From Octopus vulgaris (Eukaryota), in contig OX597819.1 of assembly GCA_951406725.2 (NCBI GenBank), positions 30,442,001 to 30,506,000 on the forward strand: a DNA stretch of 64,000 nt. The letters run 5' to 3'. The stretch's first letter is position 1. Each line of letters opens with the position of its first letter. Under the pieces are notes generated by a model, which saw only the letters and a program-made list of their open reading frames with translations, made no database searches and had not been told where the DNA came from. Shown in pieces: positions 11,742-25,189 of this stretch. The position numbers and the translations under genes are program-made.

Positions 11742-13567
11742 GGCGTTCTTATATGGGGCATGCTTTCAATAAATCCTGATAAACTCTTCGTACAGAAATT
11801 TCATTCCTTCGTTAACACTGAGATTGCTAATTTGTTTCGAGTAATTCAATTTCGATTTCATTCCACTTGACCTTACTGATATTCAAGTTTATGAGGAATT
11901 AGTCATGTTTGATGTTATTTGCTCTCTTTGAACCGTATACAGATAATTGCATAATTTTGTGGTTGGAAATATCTGTGGGAATGTTCTGAACATTGTGAGT
12001 GAAGCCTGTATTGGTGGTAAAGACTAGATCGAGTATGTTTTTACCCCTAGTTAGACGGGTAATGATTTGTTGTATGAGGAAGTCTTTTAGTACTATCGAA
12101 AAGAGCATTCATATATCTGCTGTTCAGCTGTATAACTTCAGGTTGGATAAAATTCTTAGGCCAGCTGAAATGAGGAAACTAAAAACTCCTGCTAAAAGTA
12201 CATTGGCCAGTGAGCTGGCCTCATTTGAAGTTTGGCTTATGAGCGACAAAGCATCTTTGATCTCTGTGGCTAACTGCATCAGGAAGACAGTAGGTAATAC
12301 CTATGAACAAACTGAGGTCAATCACATGCATTATTAGTGTATCGCACACTGTGTTGGAGTGGGAGAGAAGGACATTTGTTGCCAGGTCGTCTTGGATGAA
12401 AATCGCTATTTACCCTTGTTTCCACATTCTGTGGTCAGTTCTGAGTAATACATATCCTGACATATGTACTTCCACATCTAATATGTCTGGGGTCAGGTGC
12501 GTTTCATTTAGTGCAACACTTGTTGTCTTTTCTCGATGTACGAGGTCTCCCTTGCTGTGCAAGGTCTCTAAGATATGATACTTACGTTCAATTTGTGAAG
12601 TGTGAAACACCTTGTACATTCGGCATTATCATAGAGTTGAATTTGTGGGTTAATGGCAGCAATGATGTGTGGTTGCGCACTGGGGTAATAGCAGTGGTTG
12701 GTGCTGTGTGAGAGTTAGAAGTCCTTTTTATTTCTTTTGCCAGATTCATCATAGTTTGCGGCTGCTGATTTTACAGTAGATATCTGGGTGACATCTGTGT
12801 TACAATAAAAGTCTGGACTAACACTGCCACTGTAAAGGATTTTTCTACTGTAGATTTGGTGGTGATTTGAAGCCATGCTTTTACTGGTGGTGGTGGTGTT
12901 GTAATATGTGTGGTTTGGCGTTGGCTGGTATTACTTGTACGAAATGTGCATCTTGTTCTTGGAAAATGGGTGAAGCTACAGTCACTGTGTATGCATAGTC
13001 TCTCGCGTTGAGAATAGCGGCATATTTTGGGGTTTCGTGTGTTCATGATTTTACTTTACCTACAGTTGGCAAATTTAACAAAGAGCTGAAAAGTATACAT
13101 TCAGATTAAAGTGGATAGTGGGAGGGGGAAGAAAGGAGTGGTTCTTTACTAATTGGAGTAGTAGTAGCGGTAATGGTAGTAGCAGTAGAATAGGATAACA
13201 ATGGTGATGATGGATCTCTTGTGTTATTCTGAAAAGAATTTGAGTGACCTGACTGTTGAAAAGAGCTAGAGATTGTGTTGTTTAATAGGTCATCAATTGT
13301 TCTAGTATTGAAGAGTGACTGCTAATGCCGATTGTGTTGTTGCTATTGTCTAGTTGTGGTAAGGGTAAAAACAGTAGAACATAATGACAATGATGATGAT
13401 GGTGATGATGATGGTCACTTGTGGGATTTCGAGAAAATGAGAAAGTGGATAATTACACTGGAAAAGGGTTCTTGATTGTGAAGCTTAATATTTCATTAAT
13501 TGTGCTAGTATCGACGAGTGACCGAGGTTTTTGTTGTTTTGTTGTTGTTATATTGCTGTTACACAAA

Positions 13568-13598
<31 letters not shown>

Positions 13599-13606
13599 AC
13601 ACACAT

Positions 13607-13910
13607 TTATTTCATTTCATTTCATTTGAGTTTGAGTCCATGCTCAGGCCAAGTCGAAGACTCCACCCTCAGAGTCTGGTGTGGTTGCCAGGTTGTATTC
13701 TCTGTTTAATTTTGACATGTGTAGGAGCGAGTTTGAGTCAGTTTGTGCTCGTTGTGTATATCCTGGGAGATGGGGTTCATCTCTAATAGTGCTTAAGTAT
13801 CTATCCAGCTGCAATTTGAATGATTCCACACTGCATCCTGATAGATTTCTGACATGTACCGGAATGGAGTTGAATAGTTGTGCTCCTCGAACCAACAGAC
13901 TTGACTCATA
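13607..13910 (-). mobile_element. 5'-truncated CR1-group LINE 3' end (second subfamily) with (ATGAA)n tail
   Basis: Open frame VRGAQLFNSIPVHVRNLSGCSVESFKLQLDRYLSTIRDEP...SNSLL, followed by (AAATG)n. Confidence 0.8.
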
Positions 13911-15131
13911 TATAAATTAATTAAATTTTTATATAAATTAATTAAATTTTTAACGTTGAGAATGCTTTAGCTCAATAATATATCTTTCTAGGAATTTGGG
14001 GAGGTTTTCTTTTCATTTATTTTAGTTCTTTGTTCTTATGTTTTTCTAAGCCTGGGAAAGGTAAGCAGGGCGGTGCAATACTGAATTTTGCATCCCCACC
14101 AAATTTTAGGAGGTGCAAGTGCACCCCTTCCCCTGCACCTGCTGTTCCAGGGCCCTTGATTTGGGTACGTCACATGAACCAAGTGTGCTTCTATCTTAGT
14201 TACAAAAACTGTAAGGTTTCGATTCCAGTCTTTGCTACAATACACAGGACTTGACTCGTTTAAAATATCAAAACCGATTCAAGTCGATTTTGATGTTTCA
14301 ACTGAGAAGAAAACAGTTAGAGGTGAAAATATGAGCGTTGTTAGGTTAACTGAACTATTAATGGAAAGAATCAGTATATTACGGAGATGTACTTGCATAG
14401 CAAGTGACCTGATCTGAGATCGTGTACTGGAACGAAAACAATCAGTATATTACACTTCAATAAACTGTTATTATCATGATCACATATAAGAATCAGTACA
14501 AGAGTATAAAAGGTGCAAGTTCGGTACCATTTGTGCCGTAGACTTTACTTTCTTGAAATTACTGGTATTTGCCTTATTGAAATTACAAATTAATTACAAG
14601 GTGAAATAAATTTTAGTATTTAAACTCAACTTCTTGTGGCACCAAACATAGATACTGTTACACACATCATATATATATATTTTTTAATGTTTGTTTTTAT
14701 GTTCTTATAATAAAAGCAATTTTACATTAATCCGGTGGGTTACTCAATACTTTTGTAGAGTAAAAATTTATTATTTTTATACAAGAGTGTCGTTGACAGT
14801 GACTTCGAAGTTTCGACCACAAGAAAAAAAAAAATATATATATATATATACATACATATATATGTACGTATATGCATATATATATATGTATGTGTGTGTG
14901 TGTGTGTATAGGCCTGCTCGCCGAGTCAGTTCAATCGAAGTCTAATGCAAAGCGCATTGTGACCAGCGATGCATAACAACATCTGATAGTCTGGTCGATT
15001 ACGGGATCTCTCTGTCTTTCTCTCCCTCTCTCTGTCTTTCTCTCCATCTCTCTCTCTCTCTCTCACACATATATATATACACACACACACATCCACGTGA
15101 CAATAGTAAACCTGATCATCCAAAGACTACA

Positions 15132-18100
15132 ATAATAATAATAATAATAATAATAATAATTATTATTATTATTATAACAAAGATTTCTTTTATTTGCCAT
15201 CAGGGCGAAGGATGAGAGGGACAATGCAAAGAGGGACATAAAGTTTTGGGGTTTACACATGATGGAATGAAAAAAAACAGTATACACTAGTAGAAGGGAT
15301 GTATACACAGTATACGGCACTAGAAGTAGAGGGGAAAAAGTAATAGAAATAGGGTCCTCCTGATACAGGAGGACCTCTGGAGAAAATTGACGAACCCCGC
15401 CATCCAAGATCACCCTCAATACCAAAGGCGAGTGTCCTCTGTAACATCTTCTTCCGACTCATAGGTCTACATTGAGAGTGGTACCATTCACTCATGCCAT
15501 TTTCGCAACTTACACCCACCTTTTCATAAATTCACTCGAGGACAGCACCTCCATCTCCACCCTTACTTTCCTTTTCAAGTGAAACTTGAAAAAGTCGATG
15601 AGGGCTTTACCAAAAAGCAATGTTTCTGTCCTCATTCCTTTTAGCCTTGACCATCAGACAACTTTTTTCGCCACAGCCATCTGACAAAAAGGAAAACTGC
15701 CTTGCCTGCTCGATTAAAGGAGGACACCGGGACAATCATCATTATGGACCCGGCTGACAGACGAATCCGGCCCACACGCAATAGCACTTGTTCGACATAA
15801 TCCCGCAAGTTAGCAATGCCCGGATACTGAACGAATGCATGCAAAATAGTTTCGTCGCTCTGTGAACACTTCGGACAAGCCCATCTGACAGAACATCTGT
15901 GCCTGTAGAGTTCATCTCGAACCGGTAGCGTCCCCCAGTAGCATTGCCAAGTCAAAGACATCTGGAAATTATCCCTAATAGTCCCCGACCGGAAAGTCCT
16001 CCAGAACAGACTTGCCAGTTCGTTATCGTCGACGCCTAGGGTCTCCCGAGGACGTCGTCTCACTTCCCCTCTACTAATCCTTTATATATAGCTAAAGTGG
16101 AACATCCACCGATCTTATTGCCCGACTGGTAGAGGACAGTGAGCGCCTGACGACATTCAAAGTGCTAGGCGCCCAGTCTCGGCCCATCCTTTACCCAGGA
16201 CTGCAGTTTTGTCAAGGAGACGAGCTGCAGAAAGGCATGTTTATGAGACGGAGCCCATACACGTTCATCTTCTAGAAATCGTTGCAGGTGGCGCAACCTG
16301 GGTGAGTTTCTGCGCATCAAAAGCTATGGCATGCCTAAGCCACCACGCAGAGGTAGTTGGCAGCAGACCGACCACCTGGCCATTGGAACGAGTCCTTTCC
16401 CCAAGAAAATAAATAGGATACGCTCCAATTTAATCAAGTAGTAACTAGGGCAAGGCACGACGGTCAGACGATAAATAATGACAGAGGTGATGTAGACATT
16501 CACCACCTCTGCCCGACCTTTCAAGGACAACTTTCTCTCAGCCCATTTCTGGGTAAGATAGGCCACCCTGTGCGTCACTCCTTCCAAGTTCTTATCCATC
16601 TGGAGGTCAGCAGTTTAACTGGTCCGTCACTCCAGTGTCCGACGGCATCGATCTGCCCCTTTAGGTCCCCAGTTGCAATCCCACCGACTTCTCGGCCTTG
16701 ATTTTGTCCCCTGCAACCGACCCATATTCCTTTACAATGAAATCGACTGTCTCCACTTCGAAGGCTTCCGACACCATGACGGTGAGGTCGTCCGTGTACA
16801 CCGACACTACCCTCTTGAGTCCAGTTTTGAAAGTGAGGCCTCTTAACTGTTCCAACTTCCGCAGCAGTGGCCCGAGAGCCAGTACATACAGAAGAGGTGA
16901 CAGCAGGCAGCCCTGACGGACCGAACGTGCGATGCTAAACGGTTCCGATAGGTGGCCATTTATTTCAACCACCGAGCAGGTACCGCTGTGCCTCTAAAAA
17001 CGGGTCCCAAACTGGTTGCTTTAAGGACGGCTTCCGTGTAGCGATGGTCGACCCTATCAAAAGCTTTCGACTGATCTAAATTGATCAGGGCCCCACCGAA
17101 GCCAACTTTAGTCCTAGCCCTCTCTACGATGTATCCTATAAGGTGGAGGTTGTCGTGGATAGACCTGTTCGGCATTGCGCACGTTTGTGCCTCCCCGATC
17201 AGACTACCAACGATAAGCACTAACTTTTTTGCTAAAACCTTGGCCAAAATCTTAAACTCTTTGTTTAGCAGAGTTATGGGCCGAAAATTTCCTAGCACGT
17301 CCCCATTGTCGGCGTCCTTTCTCAAAAGTGTTACTACATCCCGGCTAACAACACTAGGAATTCTCCTGTTCCGCTGTCAGTTACCGTAGACGTGTGCCAA
17401 GAGGCTGCCAAACAAATCTGGTATGAAAGCAGACTTCGTAGGGCAGACTATCCAAATGGGACGATTTGCAACTTGTGCAATCGCTCATCGCCTCTCGTAT
17501 TTCAGTGGCTGTAATCGGCTTTTCGCAGAATCTCGCGTCTGTTACTGAGAGCCATGGTAGACTGTCTAGGTACGAAGTAAAGTCTGTTACCGTCGCTGCC
17601 CCATCACCCTCCTCAAACAGCCGCGCAAAGTGCTGCTGGAAAGCCGCACACATCTGCTCAGAAGCGAGTAGCACGCGTTCGTCTAGATCCGTCAAAGACT
17701 TGATTGTGGTTTTGTTTCCATGTCGTGTCTCTACTTTTCGAGCCCAGCGGATGGCTTTAGTTCCTTCGTGTTTTGGCGCACGGGTCTTAGCTCTGACAAC
17801 GCACCCTTCGTTTTTCGCCCCAAAGACCATTCTCGCTGCTAACACGTCGGTCGCGATGCCTTTACTAATAGCCTCTTCTAGTTAGCTGACTAGTTCTCCC
17901 TCTAATCTATTTCTTTCTATTGCTAAATCTTTGCTCTCTCCAGAGCTATCCACCATCGGTTGTTGACGACAAACCCCGTCAACTGCCGCTTAACTAGTTC
18001 GTTAATCAGATCTCTGTAGTCTTTGCGAGCCGGTAAGGACGCATTCAGCTTCCAGTAACAGGGTCCCTATCTACGGGTCCAATCTACATCGACTGAGCAT

Positions 18101-19834
18101 ATAGCAAATTTATGATCTGTGCAGCCGACCAATTGAAATTGTGGACAACCCATGCTATCCCTATCCTCTGACCTAACAATGTTCTATCTAAATACGATCT
18201 GGATGACCCGCTGTGGTTGCTTCACGTCCACACTGGCACATGAGAGAAATCCAGTCGGTACCTGTCAGAAAGGTGGAAAGTCCTGAGCAGGTTTTCGAGG
18301 CTTTTGCACCCACTACTGCTATGTACTAAACCCACACAGTCCTTCCGTGCGTCCAAAATTCTATTCCAGTCCCCCACTAGTACTAAACGAGACGTTCCCA
18401 AGAATGTTTCTAGACACCTGAAGAAATCTGGCCTTCCAGCCCCTGTTGGAGCATAAACCACCACCAGTCTAAAGGCGCCACCTTCGCTACATTCACGTCC
18501 AGGACCACTACCCTACCATCCAGGGTCAAGAAGATAGCCCGTACTTGGAGATCTAAGGATTTCCGGAACAGCACTACTACACCGCCACCCGCTCCCGATA
18601 GACTACAAGACGAGAATATCTCGTAGTCTTCAAATGTGGATGCTAGAACGTGTTTTCCGGATATCCTTGTTTCACTAATGGCAGCGACATCTTAACCAAG
18701 CAACCTGAGATTATTGAGCAAGTGACCTTACTTCCAAGCTGATCCCAGGCCACGCACATTTACACACCCCATTCTCAGCACAATCATGCTAGTCGGAGAA
18801 AGAAAAAGAGAAGGTTACTCACATTGATTTTTGAGAAGCCCGGAAGTTCCGGGCCTCTCTACTGGCGAAAATTTTTTTAAAGGTCCTTCTAACAGCCTTT
18901 TATCAATTGATTTTTTTTTTAAAAACCCACACTACATGGGAATTTTTTTCTTATAGTTTTATAAACGCCTGACGATTAGGTCGTGCAGCTGGACGATGTG
19001 GTCCTGCTTAGATCGTAAAGTCAGTTCCATACCTGTACCAGACCAGCTTTGCCTAGGTATTTTCTTGACATCTAATATTGTTACTTCGTCTTCTTCTAGA
19101 CCTGCCAAAACGGCCGCCACTAACCAGGTGATAGATATTTCTGGCGGCACATCCAAAACTCTTATCTTATTTCTTATTTCTTTATTGCCCACAAGGGGCT
19201 AAACATAGAGGGGACAAACAAAGGGATTAAGTCGATATAATCGACCCAAGTGCGTAACTGGTGCTTAATTTATCGACCCCGAAAGGATGAAAGGCAAAGT
19301 CGACCTCGGCGGAATTTGAACTCAGAACGTAATGACAGACGAAATACCGTTAAGCATTTCGTCCGGCATGCTAACGTTTCTGCCAGGTCGCCGTCTTCAA
19401 CACCCTAATCTTGGCAAGATGTTGGCCGTGATAGCTTGGGATTAAGAAGTTGTCATTCCTCAATGTGGTCGCGGAATTACACATGGCTTCTTCTTCCCTC
19501 CCAAATCTCACCCCAATAGTTCCAAACTTCTTTCCTCGGGTGATGTGGATCTTTTGTTCCCACACGCTCCCGAGGCATTTTTGTATCTCGCTCTCAGAAG
19601 TATCTTCCACCCGACGTGATTTAACTCCGATGCAGCGGTATGTGACCGTGCATCTTAAGATGCTCTCTGTCCCGTCGGATGGAGGGCTTAGAGCTACCCT
19701 TCTCCCATTCCTTTTCACAATTTTTCTTGCCATTTTAAAATCTTCTTAATCTATGCGGAAAATTTCCATATTTCTCGCCGCAAACGCAAAAGAAGTGGAG
19801 GCGACATTCGCGTTTTTATGTTTCATTTCTTTCG

Positions 19835-19897
<63 letters not shown>

Positions 19898-20080
19898 CGT
19901 TGTTGTTGTCGTTGTTGTTGTCGTCGTCGTCGTCGTCGTCGTTGTTACTGTTTTTGCTGTTGCTGTTGTTGTTTTTATTCGCCTCGGTGACGTCATTAAG
20001 TTTAGGTCATTCAGTATTCTTGTTCTCATTTTTTGCTGACGAGGAACGCGTTCCTTTGTCGAACATTATATTATAATGGC
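15132..20080 (-). mobile_element. Near full-length decayed L1/Tx1-clade LINE
   Basis: ORF1 with a poly-Asn/Asp (CAA/CGA)n tract. ORF2 starts MIVLRMGCVNVRGL at 18787 and shows LVGDWN, NFRPITLLN, DQSKAFDRVDH, RQGCLLSPLLY, YTDD and the zinc knuckle CPKC..ETILHAF. AATAAA followed by a (TAA)n tail. Confidence 0.9.
19170..19396 (-). mobile_element. SINE A inserted in Tx1 ORF1 (head toward 19396)
   Basis: Full SINE A consensus that splits the KIRVL/DVPPE reading of ORF1. Confidence 0.85.
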
Positions 20081-20359
20081 TTCTTAATCATCCATCCTTT
20101 AATTGATTGATGAAAACAGCAAAATATTATTTTGTTCGGAAGTTGTTAAGATCCAAAAATATTGATGCGCATCCCCTGCAAAACAGGGGGTGTTTCTACA
20201 TGCCCCCCACCCCCAAAAAAAAACTGTCTGCACAGTCCAGACAATCTCAGAGATGCAATGGTAACAATAAAATGAAAATACGGGGCCTTAGAAAGCCGAA
20301 AACATTACAAATGCTATTTCAACTTACAAGAGCTCCAAATTTCAGTGACTTTACAATAT

Positions 20360-20364
<5 letters not shown>

Positions 20365-20421
<57 letters not shown>

Positions 20422-20787
20422 AGACAAATACTGTCAGATCATTGATGTAGCCATACCAAATGACATGAATGTTGCGAGTAAAGACTTTGAAAAAAATTCA
20501 CCAAGTACTCCGAACTGAAGGTAGAAATGGCAAGACTGTATGGAATGCGAGAAGGTAATGTAAAAGTGATACCAGTGGTGATCGGATCGCTGGGTTCAAT
20601 CCCATTGAAATTTCAAGACTTCTTAAGGCAACTGGAAATCCCATGCAAGATTGATGTCTTGCAAAATGCAGCCTTATTGGGTACAGTACACATCTTCAAG
20701 AAAGTATTATCTGTCTGAGGTCCTTGTTGTGACTTGACAGCTGACTAAAGACTCCAGTGCATTTTTACTTACACTATGTAACGAAGG

Positions 20788-20820
<33 letters not shown>

Positions 20821-20841
20821 AACAATAATAATAATAATAAA
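20365..20841 (+). mobile_element. 5'-truncated R4/Dong-clade retrotransposon in a (TAA)n microsatellite
   Basis: Restriction-like endonuclease C-terminus IIDVAIP...KYSELKVEMARLY...VIPVVIGSLG...LQNAALLGT. Flanked by (TAA)n on the left and (CAA)n(TAA)n on the right. Confidence 0.82.
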
Positions 20842-21164
20842 CTCTTACCAAAGATGCTGCACAATGAGATCGAATGCAGAAACACGTAGTTTCGAAATGA
20901 ACCTTTAAACCACACACCCATGTTTGCATCTTCACTAATTAATCGAAAGTTTTTTTGGGTTTTTTTTTATGAAACCACGTATCATTTATTTATTACTTAT
21001 GCACTGGTGGTCAACTGACAGGTCCCCACAAAGTGTAAATTTTCTTAAAATATGAAAGTAAAACTGCGATAGAAACCGGAGATGACGACAATTTCTTACC
21101 CACAGGTACATTAGTTGAATTAGTATTTGTGATTTGGACAATTAACTCTTGGATTTCATTACAA

Positions 21165-21445
21165 TAAACAGGGTTTAACCATTTCGACTTCACCGAGGTA
21201 TATGGAATTTAACGGCGCCGTTTCCACTGATGTATATTGAATTTAATCACCCTGATTTCACTAAGATAAATTGCTTTTAGCCACCCTGATTTCATTGAGA
21301 TAAACTGAATACAACCACCCCGATCTAACTGAGATGAACTGAATTTAACCACTCCGATTTTACTTAGATAAACTGGAGTTTAATCAAATTAAGGAACCAC
21401 GTTAGTTTCACCGAAATAAAATAAATTTAACCACCCTAATTTCAA
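21165..21445. repeat. Degenerate ~34-bp minisatellite, about 8 units
   Basis: Consensus approximately GAATTTAACCACCCTGATTTCACTGAGATAAACT. Confidence 0.75.
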
Positions 21446-21712
21446 ATTCTTCGGTTATAACTAAACTAAAATGTAAAATTGTTAGTAAATATTTTATTAT
21501 CTTGGGTCACCGAAAGTAATTAATAACTGCACAATCATCCCGCCCCCACTCACAATAATGACGATATAATAATGATAATGGTAATAATAATATTAGTATT
21601 GAAAATGATGATGATCAAGATGATTATGACAATGATAAAGAAGAGAGAGAAAAAGACAAAACTAAGACATTTGGTATAAATGTCGGTGAACGGTTCAATG
21701 GAGGTCGCTGCT

Positions 21713-21718
21713 TTTATT
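21713..21718 (-). promoter_or_regulatory. Candidate polyadenylation signal (AATAAA) of the claudin-like gene
   Basis: TTTATT on + strand about 550 nt past the stop codon. The region is AT-rich, so this is weak. Confidence 0.3.
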
Positions 21719-21770
21719 TAGAAACCAAGATAACAAAATTAAAGAAAATATAATAATTAATAAAGTATAT

Positions 21771-21856
<86 letters not shown>

Positions 21857-22264
21857 CGAGAATATAACTTTTTCAAAACACAATGAAGTTACAAATTAAA
21901 AAAGTCAACAAAAAATAAAGTAAATATATAAAAAAAAAACAGAAAGAAATTATTTAAACCACTGAATAATGAGCCGGTTTTTCTTTCTTCTCGATCTGCT
22001 GTCTCAGTGCAAACAAGAAATCATTATTTTGTTATTAGCACGAAGATTGAAAGAAGAAAAGAGAGTGAGAAGGGAAACTAGCAGCGAGAAAATGAAACCT
22101 TTTTTGTTTTTTTTGCTTTGTTTTGTTATTTTTTTTGTTTTTGTTTTTGTTTTTTGTTTTGTTTTTTTTATAGCTCACATGTTACTGTCAACGTTCAGAT
22201 GTGAAGTCGGAATTAAATGGCGTTTCAGTGATCTGCAACATCCCTCCAAATGAGATCGTAGGGC

Positions 22265-22416
22265 TTACTTGCCAAGATAGCCCAGGACAACCATCACTCC
22301 AGCGATAAAAGCGAAGACTGCTCCCGCTATGGCTAATCCCATGGACCAACCGATTTCGTACAAGCTACCGGCTTTCTTCGTATTAAATATGATTACACCG
22401 ATGATAATAAATGCAA
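22265..22416 (-). CDS. Claudin/PMP22-like protein, coding exon 3 (152 nt, end of TM3, TM4, stop)
   Basis: Acceptor TTTCTAATTTCAG|TT, phase 1. Encodes (V)AFIIIGVIIFNTKKAGSLYEIGWSMGLAIAGAVFAFIAGVMVVLGYLGK* with the family G-W-S motif before TM4. Spliced CDS is 519 nt, 172 aa. Confidence 0.9.
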
Positions 22417-22473
22417 CTGAAATTAGAAAGAACATTAGATAAATACACAAACATATACAAATATACTTATATG

Positions 22474-22527
<54 letters not shown>

Positions 22528-23036
22528 AGGAGGGGAGGAACTCTCTACATAATGTCTATAATTTTTGCTACTGCCGATAATGATGATTTCAATTAAATTC
22601 TTGTTTTGTAAATGAGAAAGGTATTTACCGTTTTCTAGGTTCAGTAGAAGAGGCAACATGTTTAAGTTGCGTTGGTTAAATGTTTTGTCTTGTTGCTAAA
22701 ACTTTCATCAGAAGTCTTTGACTGTGTCTATTTATAGATTCGTTATAATACGCTAGTGTACGTTAAGGAGTTTTTTTTATAGAGAACATTGAGCAACCCA
22801 TTATTGTTTCGCGTTGAAACTAAACAGTGCTTGTTTACATATGTCTATCTAATTTTTTACTAAAAATTTAGACCATAGCAGAAACCCAACTTGGCTGAGG
22901 AGCCTCATTTCATACTAGCAATGAGATTTTTTCCTTCGCAGAATTCACGCTAGTAAATTCATTGGATATATGTCAACCTCTTACTTAAAAGCTTACTACA
23001 GCCGTGAATAAATGATATCAAAGCATGTGTTTTATA

Positions 23037-23953
23037 CACTAGGTGGTATAAAAAATTTCCCAGACTAGTTCTATAGCACGCCAACAGACAGCAACACACG
23101 GTTGCGTGCACAATGAGAGCTAGCAGTGTCTCATGACATCGTCGTGTTTATTTCGCAAGTTGTGAAATTTGCTTTTGTGATCATGTGTATGCTGTAGTCT
23201 GCAATTTTGTCATGGACAGGAAGTTGAAACAAAGAACCAACATGAAATTTTGTGTTAAACTTGGAAAGTCTGCTACAGAGATATTGAGCATGCTTCGGCA
23301 AGCTTACGGCGACGAGGTAATGAGTTGTACGCCATGTTCCGAGTGGTACGGGCCCTTAAAAAGCACAAAAGCAGAAGAACGTCCCTGGAAGATGATGAGC
23401 GATCTGGAAGTCCTGCCTCGTGCGTCACTCCCGGAGATGTGGTATCGTGCATCGAGAATTCGACCCCCAGGGCCAGACTGTCAATCGAGATTTCTACTGC
23501 GATGCTTTGAATCGTTTGAGGAAGGACATTCGGCGAATGCAACTGGATCTGTGGATTGCGAACAATTGGATTCTTCACGACGGCAATGCACTCTTTCACC
23601 GTGCTCTCCTCACTCGTGAGTTTCTCGCCAAAAACAACATGGTATTGCTTCAACACCCGCCTTATTTGCCAGATTTAGTACCTGAAGACTTCCATCTCTT
23701 CCCCAAGATGAAAATGCAGGTCAAAGGTCACAGTTTAACACCGTTGTCAAGATCCAAAGCGAATCGCAGAAGTTTATTGATTCGCTTACGGAAAACGACT
23801 TCCAGGCCGGATTTCAAAAATGGCAGGAACGCTGGGACCGGTGAATTGCTGCACAAGGTGACTATTTCGAAGCAGATGATGCTAAAACTTAGGTAAATAA
23901 GTTATTTGTTTTATAAAGCATAACTAGTCCAGGTATTTTTTGATACCACATCG
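23037..23953 (+). mobile_element. Mariner transposon, internally deleted transposase pseudogene (intron 2 of the host gene)
   Basis: Imperfect TIRs GTGGTATAAAAAATTTCCCAGACTAGTT and AACTAGTCCAGGTATTTTTTGATACCAC with TA flanks. Peptides KFCVKLGKSATE, WILHDGNA, HPPYLPDLVPEDFHLFPKMK. Confidence 0.9.
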
Positions 23954-24712
23954 TAATCGGAAGCTAAACTGGCTTGGTAACATCGATATTTAGCTTTGAA
24001 TAACATTTTGAAACGTTTTAATTGATATTGATACCACCTAATGTGCAGTATAGGGAAAAAAAGTTAATTTATCAAAAGTATAAATGATTGACATTTTGTG
24101 TATATTTCTGTCAATGAATAATTTATATTTTAATGACAAATCAAGAAACCGATACGGCAACTATACTGGGAGAAATGTTCCAAAGTTTATCAAACGTTTA
24201 GGGCGCCATCAATCCTATAATTCATTGTAAGCTGAGATACAATTGTATTTGAAACAAGCTTTTTCGTCGAAATAATTAGGAATTAAAGAATAATCTGATT
24301 TTAGAAAAACGGTTAATATCGTCAGTTGATAAGTATATATATGTTATTTGCTACAATGTCTTTAGTATGATGGCTGACCAACTAGCAACGAGGAAGTTTC
24401 TTCATTTGATAACAAGAATTGGTAATCTGTATATTGGTCTCATAAGTTTGTGATCCTGTGGGCAAATGAGAAGATCCAATGGAAAGCAAATCAATTCACG
24501 AGCTGTTATGCATAGCAATATTTAGTAATTCCCTCACAAAAAATGATCTCGCAGTTTATAACCGATAGAAGACAGTATGACGAATCTTAATATTGGAGCC
24601 CCTTCAAAAATAATATTGTAATCATACTAAAAATAGATTCAACATATTCGGTCTATCTATGAAGTGGATAAATGGTTGGTAAATAACAGAATTAGTCAAG
24701 TTATTATCTTAC

Positions 24713-24859
24713 CTCCAGCAAATGTACAAATCATGATAGCCAGGAGTGCATTACGTCCTCGGCAGGTTTCCACAAACATGTACAAAAACAGAATGATGAA
24801 CGCAAGTAACAGAGCAATTAGTCCTAGAGTTTCCAGAGCCTGACAAGCCTTGAACCAGT
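24713..24859 (-). CDS. Claudin/PMP22-like protein, coding exon 2 (147 nt, TM2-TM3)
   Basis: Polypyrimidine acceptor TTTGTTTTTCAG|AC and donor G|GTAAG, phase 1/1, in frame with exon 1. Encodes (D)WFKACQALETLGLIALLLAFIILFLYMFVETCRGRNALLAIMICTFAG. Confidence 0.92.
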
Positions 24860-25189
24860 CTGAAAAACAAAGAAACAAAAATAAATAAATAAATAAATAA
24901 AAAGTGTTTTCGGTAAATTAAAGTGAATATGATAAGATAACATATGAGAGCAGCTATAAGACAGGATAAAACTTTTACGAACTTTGAATTCTTTTTTTTT
25001 TTTTTTCTGGTGATGTTTGAAGAATCTGTGGCAGATAGCTTTCCTCGAGGCTTGAACCTGAATGCATAAGTTCTAAAGACAAAATCGTTGACGAGTGTGT
25101 GTGTGTGTGTGTGGGTGGGTGGGTGCGTGTGTGTGTGTGTGTGTGTTTGTGTTTGTGTGGTATAGTACAGTAGTGGTAAGAAACTCTCA

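Larger units (their letters stand above)
8424..13450 (-). mobile_element. Near full-length decayed CR1-group LINE (ORF1, APE endonuclease, RT) interrupted by a Helitron and two MITEs
   Basis: ORF1 Cys/His motif PKICRYSQRERLCIHSDCSFTH (about 13046-12950). Endonuclease VALNETHL and TRGKNILDLVFT. RT GLDGFPAILLK, YLDFVKAFD and YADD (about 10172-10183). C-terminal LILRGPQ and IPD. 3' tail at 8424-8466. Confidence 0.85.
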
